The notes: generated by a model from the sequence alone, not told the origin. Positions 48,913 to 57,898 are shown, counted from the first letter of the stretch. The stretch: 64,000 nucleotides of DNA from an uncultured Acidobacteriota bacterium (GCA_964574335.1 CAZNNH010000003.1:9038-73037); one strand, 5' to 3'. Translations and numbers: made by a program.

Positions 48913-48924
48913 CATGCTAGCATG
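48913..48924. promoter_or_regulatory. Perfect 12-bp palindrome CATGCTAGCATG about 22 nt upstream of the antitoxin start (candidate TA operator)
   Basis: The palindrome sits inside the probable promoter of the antitoxin-toxin operon. A TTGGCA (-35-like) lies immediately 5' on the coding strand. Confidence 0.35.
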
Positions 48925-49191
48925 CCAACATGCAGACGTGCAATGGTGCCGCACGACTCCCGACGACAGAGCAGGCTTCGGGCATCTTGGACGTCGCGGC
49001 TGTGGTTGGCCGTGGGACGCTCGCGTCCCAGAACCGCGCATCAGGAAGCTCCCAGCTCCCCGGTTGTGCCGGTATGTGCCGGCACTGCGCGTTCCGGGCA
49101 CAGGCATGAGGCTTGCACCCAGCTCCGCGGAGTGCGCCACCGACCGCATCGACGGCCCGGTCCCGAGGATCGACGGCGGCGAGGGAGATCG

Positions 49192-51588
49192 ATGATGACC
49201 GAGTTCCTCCGAGACCTGGGGTTTGCGCTGAGGGTGCTTCGACGCCGGCCCGGATTCACCTCGGTGATCACCCTGACTCTGACGCTCGGGATCGGGGTGA
49301 CAGTGCTGGTCTTCAGCCTCGTCAAGGGCCTGCTCTTCGACTCACCCTTCCGCGACGTCGATCGGCTGCTGTTCATGGCGGAACGCGTCTCGGGGATGGA
49401 TGGTGGCGCGCTCTCCTATCCCAGCCTGCTCGAGTATCAGCGGGATGATCGGGCGCTCGAAGAGCTGGCGGGCTTCCGCCTACAGTCCTGGAACCTCACG
49501 GGCGACTCCGCCCCCGAGCGCCTCGACGGGCTCCAGGCGTCCTCGAGCCTCTTCAGCACCCTGGGCGTCCGCCCCATCCTCGGACGTACGTTCACCGCCG
49601 AGGAGGACCGACCCGGAGGCGCCCGCGTGGTGGTCGTCAGCGAGGAGCTCTGGCGGCGGCGCTTCGGCGCCGATCCGAGCGTCCTGCAACGGACCCTCCA
49701 GCTAGACGACACGCCCTACCGCATCGTGGGTGTGATGCCCTCCCGCTTCCAGATCTGGCGCCGGGCCGACCTCTTCACCCCCCTCGGGCATCGTGCCCCC
49801 TATACCGACCGACCCGAGTGGAAGTGCATCTACGCGGTCGGGAGGCTGAAGCCCCGGGTTTCGCCGGATCAGGCCCGCGCGGCCATGGCCGTCGTGGCCA
49901 GCCGCCTGGCCCAGGCCGACCCCACGGCCAATGGCGGGCGGGAGTGCAGCCTGACGCCGATGCGGGATCATGCCGTCCGAGGCGTGCGACGGGTTCTCTG
50001 GACCCTCGCCGGCGTGTGCCTGCTGGTTCTCGTGCTCTGTTGCATCAACGTGGCCGGCCTCCTGCTGGCCCACGGAGTGGAGCGATCCCGGGAGCTCTCG
50101 ATTCGCGCCTCCCTGGGTGCCGGAAGGCTCAGGCAGGTCCGACCGCTGCTCGCCCAGAGCCTTGTCCTCGCCCTCGGCGGCGCCGCGGGCGGCTTGCTGC
50201 TCGCCACCTGGGGCGTCCGCCTGGCCACCGTCGTGCTCCCCCGCTTCACTCCGGACGCCGGTCTCCCCTGTATCGACGCCCCGGCCGTGATCGTTGCGGT
50301 CCTCCTGGCCGTGGTCGTCGGCATCACCACCGGGAGCGCCCCCGCCTGGTTCTTGACACGCCGACCCGCGGCCACCGCCGAGGCGGCGCGCCAGGGTCGG
50401 GCCACGGCCGGCCACACCCGACTTCAGGACGGCCTGGTTGTGGCCCAGGTGGCCCTGGCGGTCGTGACGCTGACCGCCGCAACCCTCATGCTGCACAGCC
50501 TCCTGAAGCTAATGGCCGTCCCGCTGGGCCTCCAGCAGCAGGGAGTCGTCCTGGCCGACCTGACCCTCCCGCCGCACACGTACCCGGATGCAGCCCGCGT
50601 CAGGCTCTTCTATCAGGAGGCCCTCGCGCAGACGGAGCGAATCCCTGGCGTCCGCTCGGCGGCGATGATGACCACAGCGCCGATGAGCGGCATCCCCTGG
50701 GACGCCTCCTATTCGGTAGAGGGCCAGGAGCCGCCCGACAACGACGACGAGAACGAGTGTGACTACGTGGCCGTGTCCCGCGACTACTTCAGGACCCTGG
50801 GGATCGCTTTGACGGAAGGACGCGCCTTCTCCGATCGGGACGATGCCGAGGCGATCCCTGTCGCCGTCGTGAATCGCGCTTTCACCGCCCGGCACCTCGC
50901 CGGTGGCAGCCCGCTCGGGAAGCGCCTCTCCTTCCCCTTCATGGGCGGCCGCTCGCTCGAGATCGTCGGAGCCGTGGAGGACGTGCGGCGCTGGGGACCT
51001 GAGAGCGCTCCCCGCGTGACGATCTACGTGCCGCTAGCTCAGAGCCCATCGGCGATCGTGACCCTCGCCACCCGTACTTCGCACGCCCAAGGGCTGGCGG
51101 CCTCCATGCGAGACGCGCTCCGGCGGGTCGATCCGAATCTCCCGCTGGCAAACCTTCGGACCATGGCCGAGGTGGTGTCCGAGGCATCGGGCACACGGCG
51201 CATGGCGGCCTCGTCCCTCGCCACCCTGGGCGGGATTGCGCTTTGTCTTTCGGCCCTGGGGCTCTATGGCGCTCTGAGCCGACGGGTGGTGAGTCGGAGG
51301 CGCGAGATCGGCATTCGCCTCGCGCTCGGCGCCCAGAGCCGAGAGATCCTCCGGCATTTCATGAGGCGCGGGCTGTGGCTGACCGCCGCGGGGGCGGCTG
51401 CCGGAAGCGTCATCTCACTCCTGCTCGCCCCCCTGCTCGCCAGCCTCCTCTTCGGAGTCCGTCCGAGGGATCCCATCTCCCTGGTGGTCGTTCTCGCCGT
51501 CATGCTTCTCGCCGCGGCCCTGGCGACCTCGCTCCCTGCTCGGCGCGCCGCCAGCGTGGACCCGGCGGTGGCGCTGCGGGGCGAGTAA
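49192..51588 (+). CDS. ABC-transporter permease of the MacB/FtsX type with duplicated FtsX domains (ADOP family), with no adjacent ATPase
   Basis: About 798 aa. The N-terminus 'LRDLGFALRVLRRRPGFTSVITLTLTLGIGVTVLV' is typical of FtsX-family permeases. There are two periplasmic MacB_PCD-like regions and two 4-TM FtsX modules (RELSIRASLGAGRLRQV... and REIGIRLALGAQSREIL...). Shine-Dalgarno GAGGGAG upstream. Confidence 0.8.
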   Translation: MMTEFLRDLGFALRVLRRRPGFTSVITLTLTLGIGVTVLVFSLVKGLLFDSPFRDVDRLLFMAERVSGMDGGALSYPSLLEYQRDDRALEELAGFRLQSWNLTGDSAPERLDGLQASSSLFSTLGVRPILGRTFTAEEDRPGGARVVVVSEELWRRRFGADPSVLQRTLQLDDTPYRIVGVMPSRFQIWRRADLFTPLGHRAPYTDRPEWKCIYAVGRLKPRVSPDQARAAMAVVASRLAQADPTANGGRECSLTPMRDHAVRGVRRVLWTLAGVCLLVLVLCCINVAGLLLAHGVERSRELSIRASLGAGRLRQVRPLLAQSLVLALGGAAGGLLLATWGVRLATVVLPRFTPDAGLPCIDAPAVIVAVLLAVVVGITTGSAPAWFLTRRPAATAEAARQGRATAGHTRLQDGLVVAQVALAVVTLTAATLMLHSLLKLMAVPLGLQQQGVVLADLTLPPHTYPDAARVRLFYQEALAQTERIPGVRSAAMMTTAPMSGIPWDASYSVEGQEPPDNDDENECDYVAVSRDYFRTLGIALTEGRAFSDRDDAEAIPVAVVNRAFTARHLAGGSPLGKRLSFPFMGGRSLEIVGAVEDVRRWGPESAPRVTIYVPLAQSPSAIVTLATRTSHAQGLAASMRDALRRVDPNLPLANLRTMAEVVSEASGTRRMAASSLATLGGIALCLSALGLYGALSRRVVSRRREIGIRLALGAQSREILRHFMRRGLWLTAAGAAAGSVISLLLAPLLASLLFGVRPRDPISLVVVLAVMLLAAALATSLPARRAASVDPAVALRGE

Positions 51589-51632
51589 CGCCTCCGGCCT
51601 GAAGGCTGATCGATCGCTTCGGGACCCTCGAC

Positions 51633-52628
51633 TCAGCCCTTCAGGTGCTGGTCCAGGAACCCGATCACCGTCTCCCAGGTCGGCGTGTAGGGCATCGGGT
51701 TGGTGACCTTGCAGCCGTTGCTGGAGGTCGACCGTATCGTCGCCGCCTCCCGGAGGGTGTCGTCGGTGAGGAAGGCGTTCCAGGGGCCGTGGGGCGCCGT
51801 CGGCAGGCTGATGAAGACCGCGTCCCGGCAGGCCTTGTTGAGGGCCATGTAGAGTCGCTCGCCCTGGTTGTGCGGCACCAGCGGATCGGAGTCCCCGTGC
51901 AGGATCAAGAGCGGTGGGTCGGCGTCGCTCACGTAGCGCGCGGGGTCGGCGGCCTGCACCTTGTCGGGGCAGGACTGGATCGCGCATCCCACCAGCCGGG
52001 ACTCGGGAGACGTCTCGCTGTCGTGGCACTGTGAGGGCGCGCACCTCTGCAGGGCCCAGTCATCCATGATCAGGAAGTCGGTGGGCGGATAGAAGGCCAC
52101 CGCGGCCTGCACCCGACTGGAGACGCCGGTGGTCCCGACCGAGCCTTCCATCTCCGGAGCGTCGCCGGTCAGCGCCGCCATCGCAGCCGTCCAGCCTCCG
52201 GAGCTGTCGCCCATCACACCGATGTGATCCGGATCGAGGTGGTACTGCACCGCATGCACCCTGAGCCACCGGATGGCAGCCTTGATGTCGTGGAGCTGAC
52301 CCGGGAACTTCACCTGCGAGCTGGAACGGATGGAGACGCCGGCCACGGCATAGCCCGCCGGGTTGAGCCGCTGGGCGAGGATCCCGGCCGTGCTCTTCCC
52401 CGCGTCGGCCATCCAGGCCGACCCGCCGGTCCAGATGACGACGGGCACCGGCCCCGCCGCTCCCGCGGGCAGGTACAGGTCGAGCTTGTGGCCGTTGCTG
52501 GTCAAAGGCTCCGGCGGTGCGTAGTCGAGGTCGGCGCGGGTGGGCGGCGGCTGAGCAAAGGCCATCGACCCCACCAGAGCGGTTGCGAGCCCCAAGATCG
52601 CGATCTGTCGAACGCTGAGCCGAACCAT
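51633..52628 (-). CDS. Secreted alpha/beta-hydrolase (esterase/lipase family)
   Basis: Signal peptide, then 'VVIWTGGSAWMADAGK', a nucleophile-elbow 'GDSSGG' (GxSxG) and 'LILHGDSDPLVP' (the catalytic Asp/His region). Confidence 0.8.
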   Translation of the reverse strand: MVRLSVRQIAILGLATALVGSMAFAQPPPTRADLDYAPPEPLTSNGHKLDLYLPAGAAGPVPVVIWTGGSAWMADAGKSTAGILAQRLNPAGYAVAGVSIRSSSQVKFPGQLHDIKAAIRWLRVHAVQYHLDPDHIGVMGDSSGGWTAAMAALTGDAPEMEGSVGTTGVSSRVQAAVAFYPPTDFLIMDDWALQRCAPSQCHDSETSPESRLVGCAIQSCPDKVQAADPARYVSDADPPLLILHGDSDPLVPHNQGERLYMALNKACRDAVFISLPTAPHGPWNAFLTDDTLREAATIRSTSSNGCKVTNPMPYTPTWETVIGFLDQHLKG

Positions 52629-52878
52629 CGGCCACCTCCTCCTCGGGCGGGGACGGCACCCGCCACGCCATCAGACACGGGTATAGATCGACCAGGGCGG
52701 AGGGTCAACACCCTGTCGCGGCCGCGCTCCACATGCCCCGGCGCCCCCCCCGAGAGACGCTGACAAGGTTTAACGCGTCCGGCCGATGACAGAGCCGACG
52801 GACGGCACTAGGCTACAGGTCAGTTTGGGGGAGCCGTGGACGGACGCTGGACGAACCGATGAATAGGAGCTTCTCGCC

Positions 52879-54171
52879 ATGATGCAGCCCAACAACCCAG
52901 CACGAGGGCTGGCTCTGCTCGCCGCGGCGGCGGTCTGCGCCTGGGCCGCGACGGCCGCCGCCGACGACTGGCCCCAGTGGCAGGGCCCAGACCGCAACTC
53001 CATCTCCCAGGAGCGCGGCCTGCTCCAGCAGTGGCCCCAGGACGGCCCCCCTCTCGCGTGGAAGGCGGAAGGCCTGGGCGGCGGCTACAGCGCCCCCTCC
53101 ATCGCCAAGGGGCGGATCTACGGCATGAGCGATCGGGGCCAGGACGAGGTGGTCTGGGCGCTGACCGAGACGGACGGCCGCCCGCTGTGGGTAACGCGCC
53201 TCGGGCCGGCCTTCCAGCAGAGCTGGTCGCAAGGCAAGGAAGGCCCCGGCGCGACACCGACGGTCGACGGAGAGCGGCTGTACGTGGAGGGCCTCGCCGG
53301 GAACGTCGCCTGCCTTCAGGTTCGGGACGGCAAGCTCGTCTGGCAGCGCAGCATGCAGAAGGACTTCGGCGGCACCGTGCCTCGTTGGAGCTTTCGTGAG
53401 TCACCCCTGGTCGACGGAGACCGGGTCATCGTCACGCCGGGAGGCCCAGGCGCCACGCTGGTGGCCCTCGACAAGGGGACGGGCGCCACCCTCTGGAAGA
53501 GTCGGGTGCCCGGCGACCCCAAGGCCGCCTACGCCTCACCCATCGCCATCGACTTCGACGGGCAGCGACAGTACGTCCAGCTCACCGCCCAGACGCTGGT
53601 CGGGGTGGCCGCGTCCAACGGGGCGTTCCTGTGGCGCTACGACCGGCCCGCCAACAGCCACGGCATCAACTGCGCGACACCCCTCTACCACGACGGTCTG
53701 GTCTTCGCGGCTTCGGCCTACGGCACCGGTGGCGGGCTGGTCCGTTTGAAGAGGGCCGGTGGCGGAGGAGTCGAGGCCGAGGAGGTCTACTTCACCAACA
53801 AGATGCAGAACCACCATGGCGGCATCGTCCTCATTGACGGCTCCCTCTACGGCGCCAACGGCGGCAACTCCGGTGGCTATCTGGTGTCTCTGGACTTCCA
53901 GACCGGAGCCGTCCACTGGGACGAACGCCGAGGCGAACGCCGCGCGCCCAAGGGCTCGGTGGCCGTCGCCGATGGCCGCCTCTACTACCGTACGGAGGAC
54001 GGCACCCTGCTGCTGATCGAGCCGAACCCTCGTGAGTACACCGAGCGCGGGCGCTTCGAGCAGCCGTTCCGGACCGACAAGCCGGCGTGGGCGCATCCCG
54101 TCATCGCCAACGGCAAGCTCTACGTACGCGACCAGGACCTGCTGCTCTCGTACGACGTCCGACGGAGATGA
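52879..54171 (+). CDS. Secreted PQQ-like beta-propeller repeat protein
   Basis: Signal peptide. Starts '[15 protein letters not shown]' and carries repeated '[10 protein letters not shown]...VWAL', 'DGKLVWQ', 'GAFLWRY' and '[18 protein letters not shown]' motifs typical of PQQ/BamB-type propeller blades. Confidence 0.75.
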   Translation: MMQPNNPARGLALLAAAAVCAWAATAAADDWPQWQGPDRNSISQERGLLQQWPQDGPPLAWKAEGLGGGYSAPSIAKGRIYGMSDRGQDEVVWALTETDGRPLWVTRLGPAFQQSWSQGKEGPGATPTVDGERLYVEGLAGNVACLQVRDGKLVWQRSMQKDFGGTVPRWSFRESPLVDGDRVIVTPGGPGATLVALDKGTGATLWKSRVPGDPKAAYASPIAIDFDGQRQYVQLTAQTLVGVAASNGAFLWRYDRPANSHGINCATPLYHDGLVFAASAYGTGGGLVRLKRAGGGGVEAEEVYFTNKMQNHHGGIVLIDGSLYGANGGNSGGYLVSLDFQTGAVHWDERRGERRAPKGSVAVADGRLYYRTEDGTLLLIEPNPREYTERGRFEQPFRTDKPAWAHPVIANGKLYVRDQDLLLSYDVRRR

Positions 54172-54219
54172 GCGCGGGCCGCCGCGGCTCGCCACCGCGC
54201 CGGCGTCGCCGGGGGATCC

Positions 54220-54901
54220 CATGAGACGCGTCGACTCGATCGAAGACCTCCTGGGCGAGGTCGTGCCCCTCTCCGCGAGGACGATCGTCGACGTCGGCTG
54301 CGGCACCGGCGATCTGGTGCGCTGGCTGGTCGGTCGGGGCGCGAGGGTCACCGGCGTGGACACGCCTGCGATGCTGGCCCGCGCCCAGACCCAGCCGCCG
54401 GCCGGCCAGGAGGCCTATCTCCCGGGGGGAGCGGAGGCGCTCCCGCTGCCGGACCAGGCCGTGGACGTGGCGATCTTCGACGCCAGCCTCCACCACGTGC
54501 CCGCCGAGCGAATGCGCGACGCCGTGGCCGAGTGCGCCCGCGTGCTGCGGCCCGCCGGACGCGCGGTGTTCATCGAGCCGGTCGCCAAGGCCGGCTCCTA
54601 CTACGACCTCACCCGGGTGGCCGGGGACGAGGCGGAGGTCCAGAGGCTGGCCCACGCGGCCATCCTCGAGGCCCCGGCCCAGGGACTCGAGCCAGAGAAC
54701 GAGGAGCTCTTCTACCTGTCGCGCTCCTTCGCCGACTACGAGCACCTCGTGGCCGTCTTCGTCGAGGACGAGAAACGTCTCGCCGACTGCCTGGCGCGAG
54801 CGCGCGAGGAGACCAAGCGCCGCGCCGCCGAGGCAGGCATCGCCTTCGGCGACGTCCGCTACCGCTCGATCTGCCGCCTCGACGTCCTCAGGCGATCCTG
54901 A
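54220..54901 (+). CDS. Class I SAM-dependent methyltransferase
   Basis: 'IVDVGCGTGDLVRWL' (motif I, GxGxG), 'AVDVAIFDASLHHV' and 'VLRPAGRAVFIEP' (motif III/post-II). Confidence 0.7.
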
Positions 54902-54942
54902 GGCTACCTGGTGCCTCGGGTGCCCTTCCCAAGCGCACGTTC

Positions 54943-54990
54943 TCGACATCGGACGTGGCAGTGCTTACAATGCAATCAGTGATGACACTG
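54943..54990 (+). promoter_or_regulatory. Putative sigma-70 promoter and operator for vapBC
   Basis: TCGACA (-35, 54943-54948), a 17-nt spacer, TACAAT (-10, 54966-54971), then the inverted repeat CAGTG-ATGA-CACTG (54977-54990) and a GGAGG Shine-Dalgarno sequence 4 nt before the vapB ATG at 54999. The region has locally lower GC. Confidence 0.4.
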
Positions 54991-54998
54991 GAGGCGCA

Positions 54999-55247
54999 AT
55001 GGCCAGCCTGACGATCCGAAAGCTCGACGAGCGCATCAAAACGCGACTTCGCATCCGGGCCGCCCGACACGGCCGGTCGATGGAGGATGAGGCTCGCACT
55101 TTGCTCCGGAACGCCCTCCGGGACGAGGTGACCGCCGGAACCGACCTGGCCGAGGCCATTCGCGCCCGCTTCGTTCCCCTCGGTGGAGTCGACCTGACCC
55201 TTCCGGAGCGCGAGCCGATCCGCGAGCCCCCGAAGCCTGGCCGATGA
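54999..55247 (+). CDS. vapB: Type II antitoxin VapB/FitA-like (ribbon-helix-helix, plasmid-stability-protein type)
   Basis: 'MASLTIRKLDERIKTRLRIRAARHGRSMEDEARTLLRNAL' is the canonical FitA/VapB RHH N-terminus. Its stop overlaps the vapC ATG. Confidence 0.8.
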   Translation: MASLTIRKLDERIKTRLRIRAARHGRSMEDEARTLLRNALRDEVTAGTDLAEAIRARFVPLGGVDLTLPEREPIREPPKPGR

Positions 55248-55684
55248 TCCTCCTCGACACGAACGTACTGTCGGAGCTGATGAAGCCGCGACCCGACCCG
55301 GCCGTGCTCGAGTGGGTCGGGTCGCAGCCTGCAGCCAGCCTGTACACGACGAGCATCACCCAGGCCGAGATACAGCTCGGCCTGATGCTCCTGCCGCGGG
55401 GTGCCCGCCGAAACGCGCTGCAGGCGGCCGCCGACGCGATGTTCGCGGAGGAGCTCGAGGGTCGAGTCCTTCCGTTTGGCTCGGAGGCGGCTCGGCCCTA
55501 CGCGGAGATTGCCTCCGACCGGCGGCGGGCGGGACGGCCGATTTCCCAGTTCGATGCCCAGATCGCTGCAGTCGCGCGTGTCGCCGGAGCGGCAATCGCA
55601 ACCCGCAACGTGGCCGACTTCGCCGGCTGCGGCGCGAGGCTCGTCAACCCGTGGGGACCGGACCGGCCGGCCAGCAAGAGATAG
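55244..55684 (+). CDS. vapC: PIN-domain ribonuclease toxin VapC/FitB
   Basis: 'MILLDTNVLSELMKPRPDPAVLEWV' (first acidic residue, the LDTNV motif), 'TTSITQAEIQLG' and 'IAATAR' with downstream acidic residues consistent with PIN. Confidence 0.85.
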   Translation: MILLDTNVLSELMKPRPDPAVLEWVGSQPAASLYTTSITQAEIQLGLMLLPRGARRNALQAAADAMFAEELEGRVLPFGSEAARPYAEIASDRRRAGRPISQFDAQIAAVARVAGAAIATRNVADFAGCGARLVNPWGPDRPASKR

Positions 55685-55753
55685 CCCGGGTTCAGGCGGT
55701 GTGGGCGCGCTGGGTGTCCACGTTGACGACGTCCCGCGTCCCGCGACGAAGCT

Positions 55754-56917
55754 CTAGTACTCCTCGCCATAGAGGACCCGCAGCCAGCGGGCGGCCTCGC
55801 CCGCGCCGCCCTCGAGAGGGAACAGGCTGCGCCGCGCGGTCGGGTTGAGCCAGGTCGCGACCCAGAGGCTGAGGCCGTTGTCTCGCAGGAGGCGGATGTC
55901 GGCGCGCGCGAAGATCCTCCCGCCGCGCGCCTTCAGGTAGAAGGCTTCCTCGCACACGTTGGAGGCCTCAGGCGACGGGCGCAACCAGCCTCGCCAGGAG
56001 GCCTGATAGCCTCTCTCGGGAGCGAGGAGCCGGTAGCCCCGCTCGGCCTCGGCCACCTGCACGCCCCCGTCGGGCGCCTCGAGCTCCACACGCCAGGGGC
56101 AACCCTCTGCTGCGCCCTCAGAGGAGGCAAGCCGGATGGTGAGGTCGGCAATCGGGGTGGGGTCCATTGTGATCTGCTGGCGCAGCACATTGACCCGGTA
56201 GCACCCCTCCCCGGGAACGACCTTCAGCGCGACCACGCGTGAGAGCAGCACCGAGGACGCCGGCGGCGACAACCAGGCGGGCAAGACGATCTCGTGGAAG
56301 GATCCCCGTCTCTGGTACGAGGCCAACCGGGCGTCGATGGCGTAGCCGTCAGCCTCGGACCCGCAGACCTGCACGCGACGCTCGCCGTAGAAAGTCAGAT
56401 GCACACGCCCGCTCGGGTCCGTGACGTGGTCTCCCAGCCCGCACATCCGCAGGCGGGCGCCCACCACGGGCCGGTCGTACTGGTCGCGAACGCTCACGGT
56501 GCACGTGCCTCGAAAGACCAGGTGCAGACACAGCAGCAGACCCGCCGCGACCCCCAGCGGTAGACGTACGGCGCCCCGCTTCCACCAGGCCTCTCGGGGC
56601 CGGACCCAGAGTGCGGCCAGCCCGATGGGAACGGGCAGCAGGAACAGGAACACCACGAACACCACAAACGAGAATAGGCCCCACGGGTCCACCGGGCCGG
56701 CCAGGGCCCTCGCGAATCTCGATACGTCGAAGTGGAGTCCCCATAGGGCCACGACGATCGTGACCGACACGAAGGTCACCGCAAGAAGCCAACCCCAGAT
56801 TGTCGGATAGTGACGGGATCCCCGGGCCCTGCGCAGGACGAGGCTGGTCAGCGTGCCAATGCCGCCGTAGGCGAGGAGTCCCACCACGACGAGGAGCTGG
56901 TGAAGGGGCGGTAGCAT
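55754..56917 (-). CDS. Hypothetical membrane protein with 4 TM helices and a C-terminal soluble domain of about 270 aa
   Basis: The start is taken at the ATG at 56917 with a GGTGG Shine-Dalgarno sequence upstream. TM helices (LLVVVGLLAYGGIGTLTSLVL, TIWGWLLAVTFVSVTIVVALWGL, LFSFVVFVVFLFLLPVPIGLAAL). The Cys-containing C-terminal domain has normal composition and no recognised family. Confidence 0.45.
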   Translation of the reverse strand: MLPPLHQLLVVVGLLAYGGIGTLTSLVLRRARGSRHYPTIWGWLLAVTFVSVTIVVALWGLHFDVSRFARALAGPVDPWGLFSFVVFVVFLFLLPVPIGLAALWVRPREAWWKRGAVRLPLGVAAGLLLCLHLVFRGTCTVSVRDQYDRPVVGARLRMCGLGDHVTDPSGRVHLTFYGERRVQVCGSEADGYAIDARLASYQRRGSFHEIVLPAWLSPPASSVLLSRVVALKVVPGEGCYRVNVLRQQITMDPTPIADLTIRLASSEGAAEGCPWRVELEAPDGGVQVAEAERGYRLLAPERGYQASWRGWLRPSPEASNVCEEAFYLKARGGRIFARADIRLLRDNGLSLWVATWLNPTARRSLFPLEGGAGEAARWLRVLYGEEY

Positions 56918-56979
56918 GCCGCCACCATGACCTGCGCCCGTCGTTCGCTGTGACCCGCCGTCCCGGTGGTGGCGGCGGC

Positions 56980-57368
56980 TCAGGCGATGTGGGCGCCCTG
57001 GGTGTTGCCGTTGCTGTTGCCGGACGGGCGGCGGAAGACGCTGACGTGCCCGTCCTCGTCCAACCAGCGGAGCTGGACGTCGTTCGGGATGTCGCTCCAT
57101 ACCGGGTAGCGCCCCACCCCGTTCCAGGCCGGGCCTTCGGCCCAGAGCATGCACCGTGGAGGCGCTGGATCGGCGTGTTGCCGATCACGTAGCGGCCGAA
57201 TCGGGGATCCAGCGCCACGATGTCGGGATCCGGGTAGCGCACGGGTTCGCCGCCGGAGAAGTCGCGGGACTGCGCCCGCGCCCAGCTCGCCCCGGCAGCG
57301 GCGGCGACCGCGGCGCCGATGAAGCCGCGACGACCGAGCCCGGCCGGGCGGGTCGTATTGCAGGTCAT
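56980..57368 (-). pseudogene. Remnant of an SMP-30/gluconolactonase/LRE-like (SGL) gene: the N-terminal third only, with a frameshift
   Basis: The frame from the ATG at 57368 gives a Tat-type signal (RRGFIGAAVAAAAGA) and 'RYPDPDIVALDPRFGRYVIGNTPIQRLHG', then shifts by +1 near 57165. 'WAEGPAWNGVGRYPVWSDIPNDVQLRWLDEDGHVSVFRRPSGNSNGNTQGAHIA' continues in the next frame to a stop at 56980. About 170 C-terminal residues are absent. Confidence 0.5.
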
Positions 57369-57489
57369 GGTCCTGTCCCGAAGCACGGGCGCCGCGCGAC
57401 CTACGACGACCTCCTCCAGGTGCCGTTCGAAGCCGTCGGGCTCGACCTCCTCGCCCTCTGGGGCGAAACACGGCCGTCCACCACCTAGC

Positions 57490-57898
57490 TCAGTAGCCGC
57501 GCTGCTTGTCGACGACGTTGCGGAGCGGCTGGCCGCGCACGAAGCGCTCGATGTTCTCGCGGAACAGGCCGATCCGGCGCTCGCTGAACCCGTCGGACCG
57601 CCCGGCGATGTGTGGGGTGAGGATCACGTCGTCGCGCTTCCACAGCGCGTGGTCGGGGGGGAGCGGCTCGGGCTCGGTGACGTCCAGGCCGGCCCCGGCC
57701 AGCTTCCCCGACTCGAGGGCCGCCAGCAGGGCGAGGGCGTGGTCGGCGATCTCGGGCCCCTGGATGATCTTGGCGTTGGTCAGCACGATCTCCGACTCGC
57801 GCAGCTCGGGCGCCGCCAGGTAGCCCTCGACGCCGGAGCTCCCCACCTGCACCCAGTGCACCTTCCCGCCCTCGCGGAGGAGCGCCGCCACGCCCTAC
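57490..57898 (-). pseudogene. Remnant of a D-isomer-specific 2-hydroxyacid dehydrogenase gene, with an internal deletion and an upstream in-frame stop
   Basis: The 133-aa ORF joins an N-terminal substrate-domain segment (KVHWVQVGSSGVEGYL...IVLTNAKIIQGPEIADHALALLAAL) directly to the C-terminal catalytic segment (GAGLDVTEPEPLPPDHALWKRDDVILTPHIAG). The NAD-binding Rossmann core of about 150 aa is missing. In-frame homology continues upstream (GGGKADDLLPRVSACDALVGFSV) but is broken by a TAG at 57896-57898 and a further TGA. Confidence 0.45.

Noticed and set aside
48196-57898. Integrase-bounded genomic island at tRNA-Glu
   Set aside because: I found no integrase or recombinase, no transposase, and no repeat of the tRNA 3' end in the window. 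I kept it only as a hypothesis of an old, decayed island.
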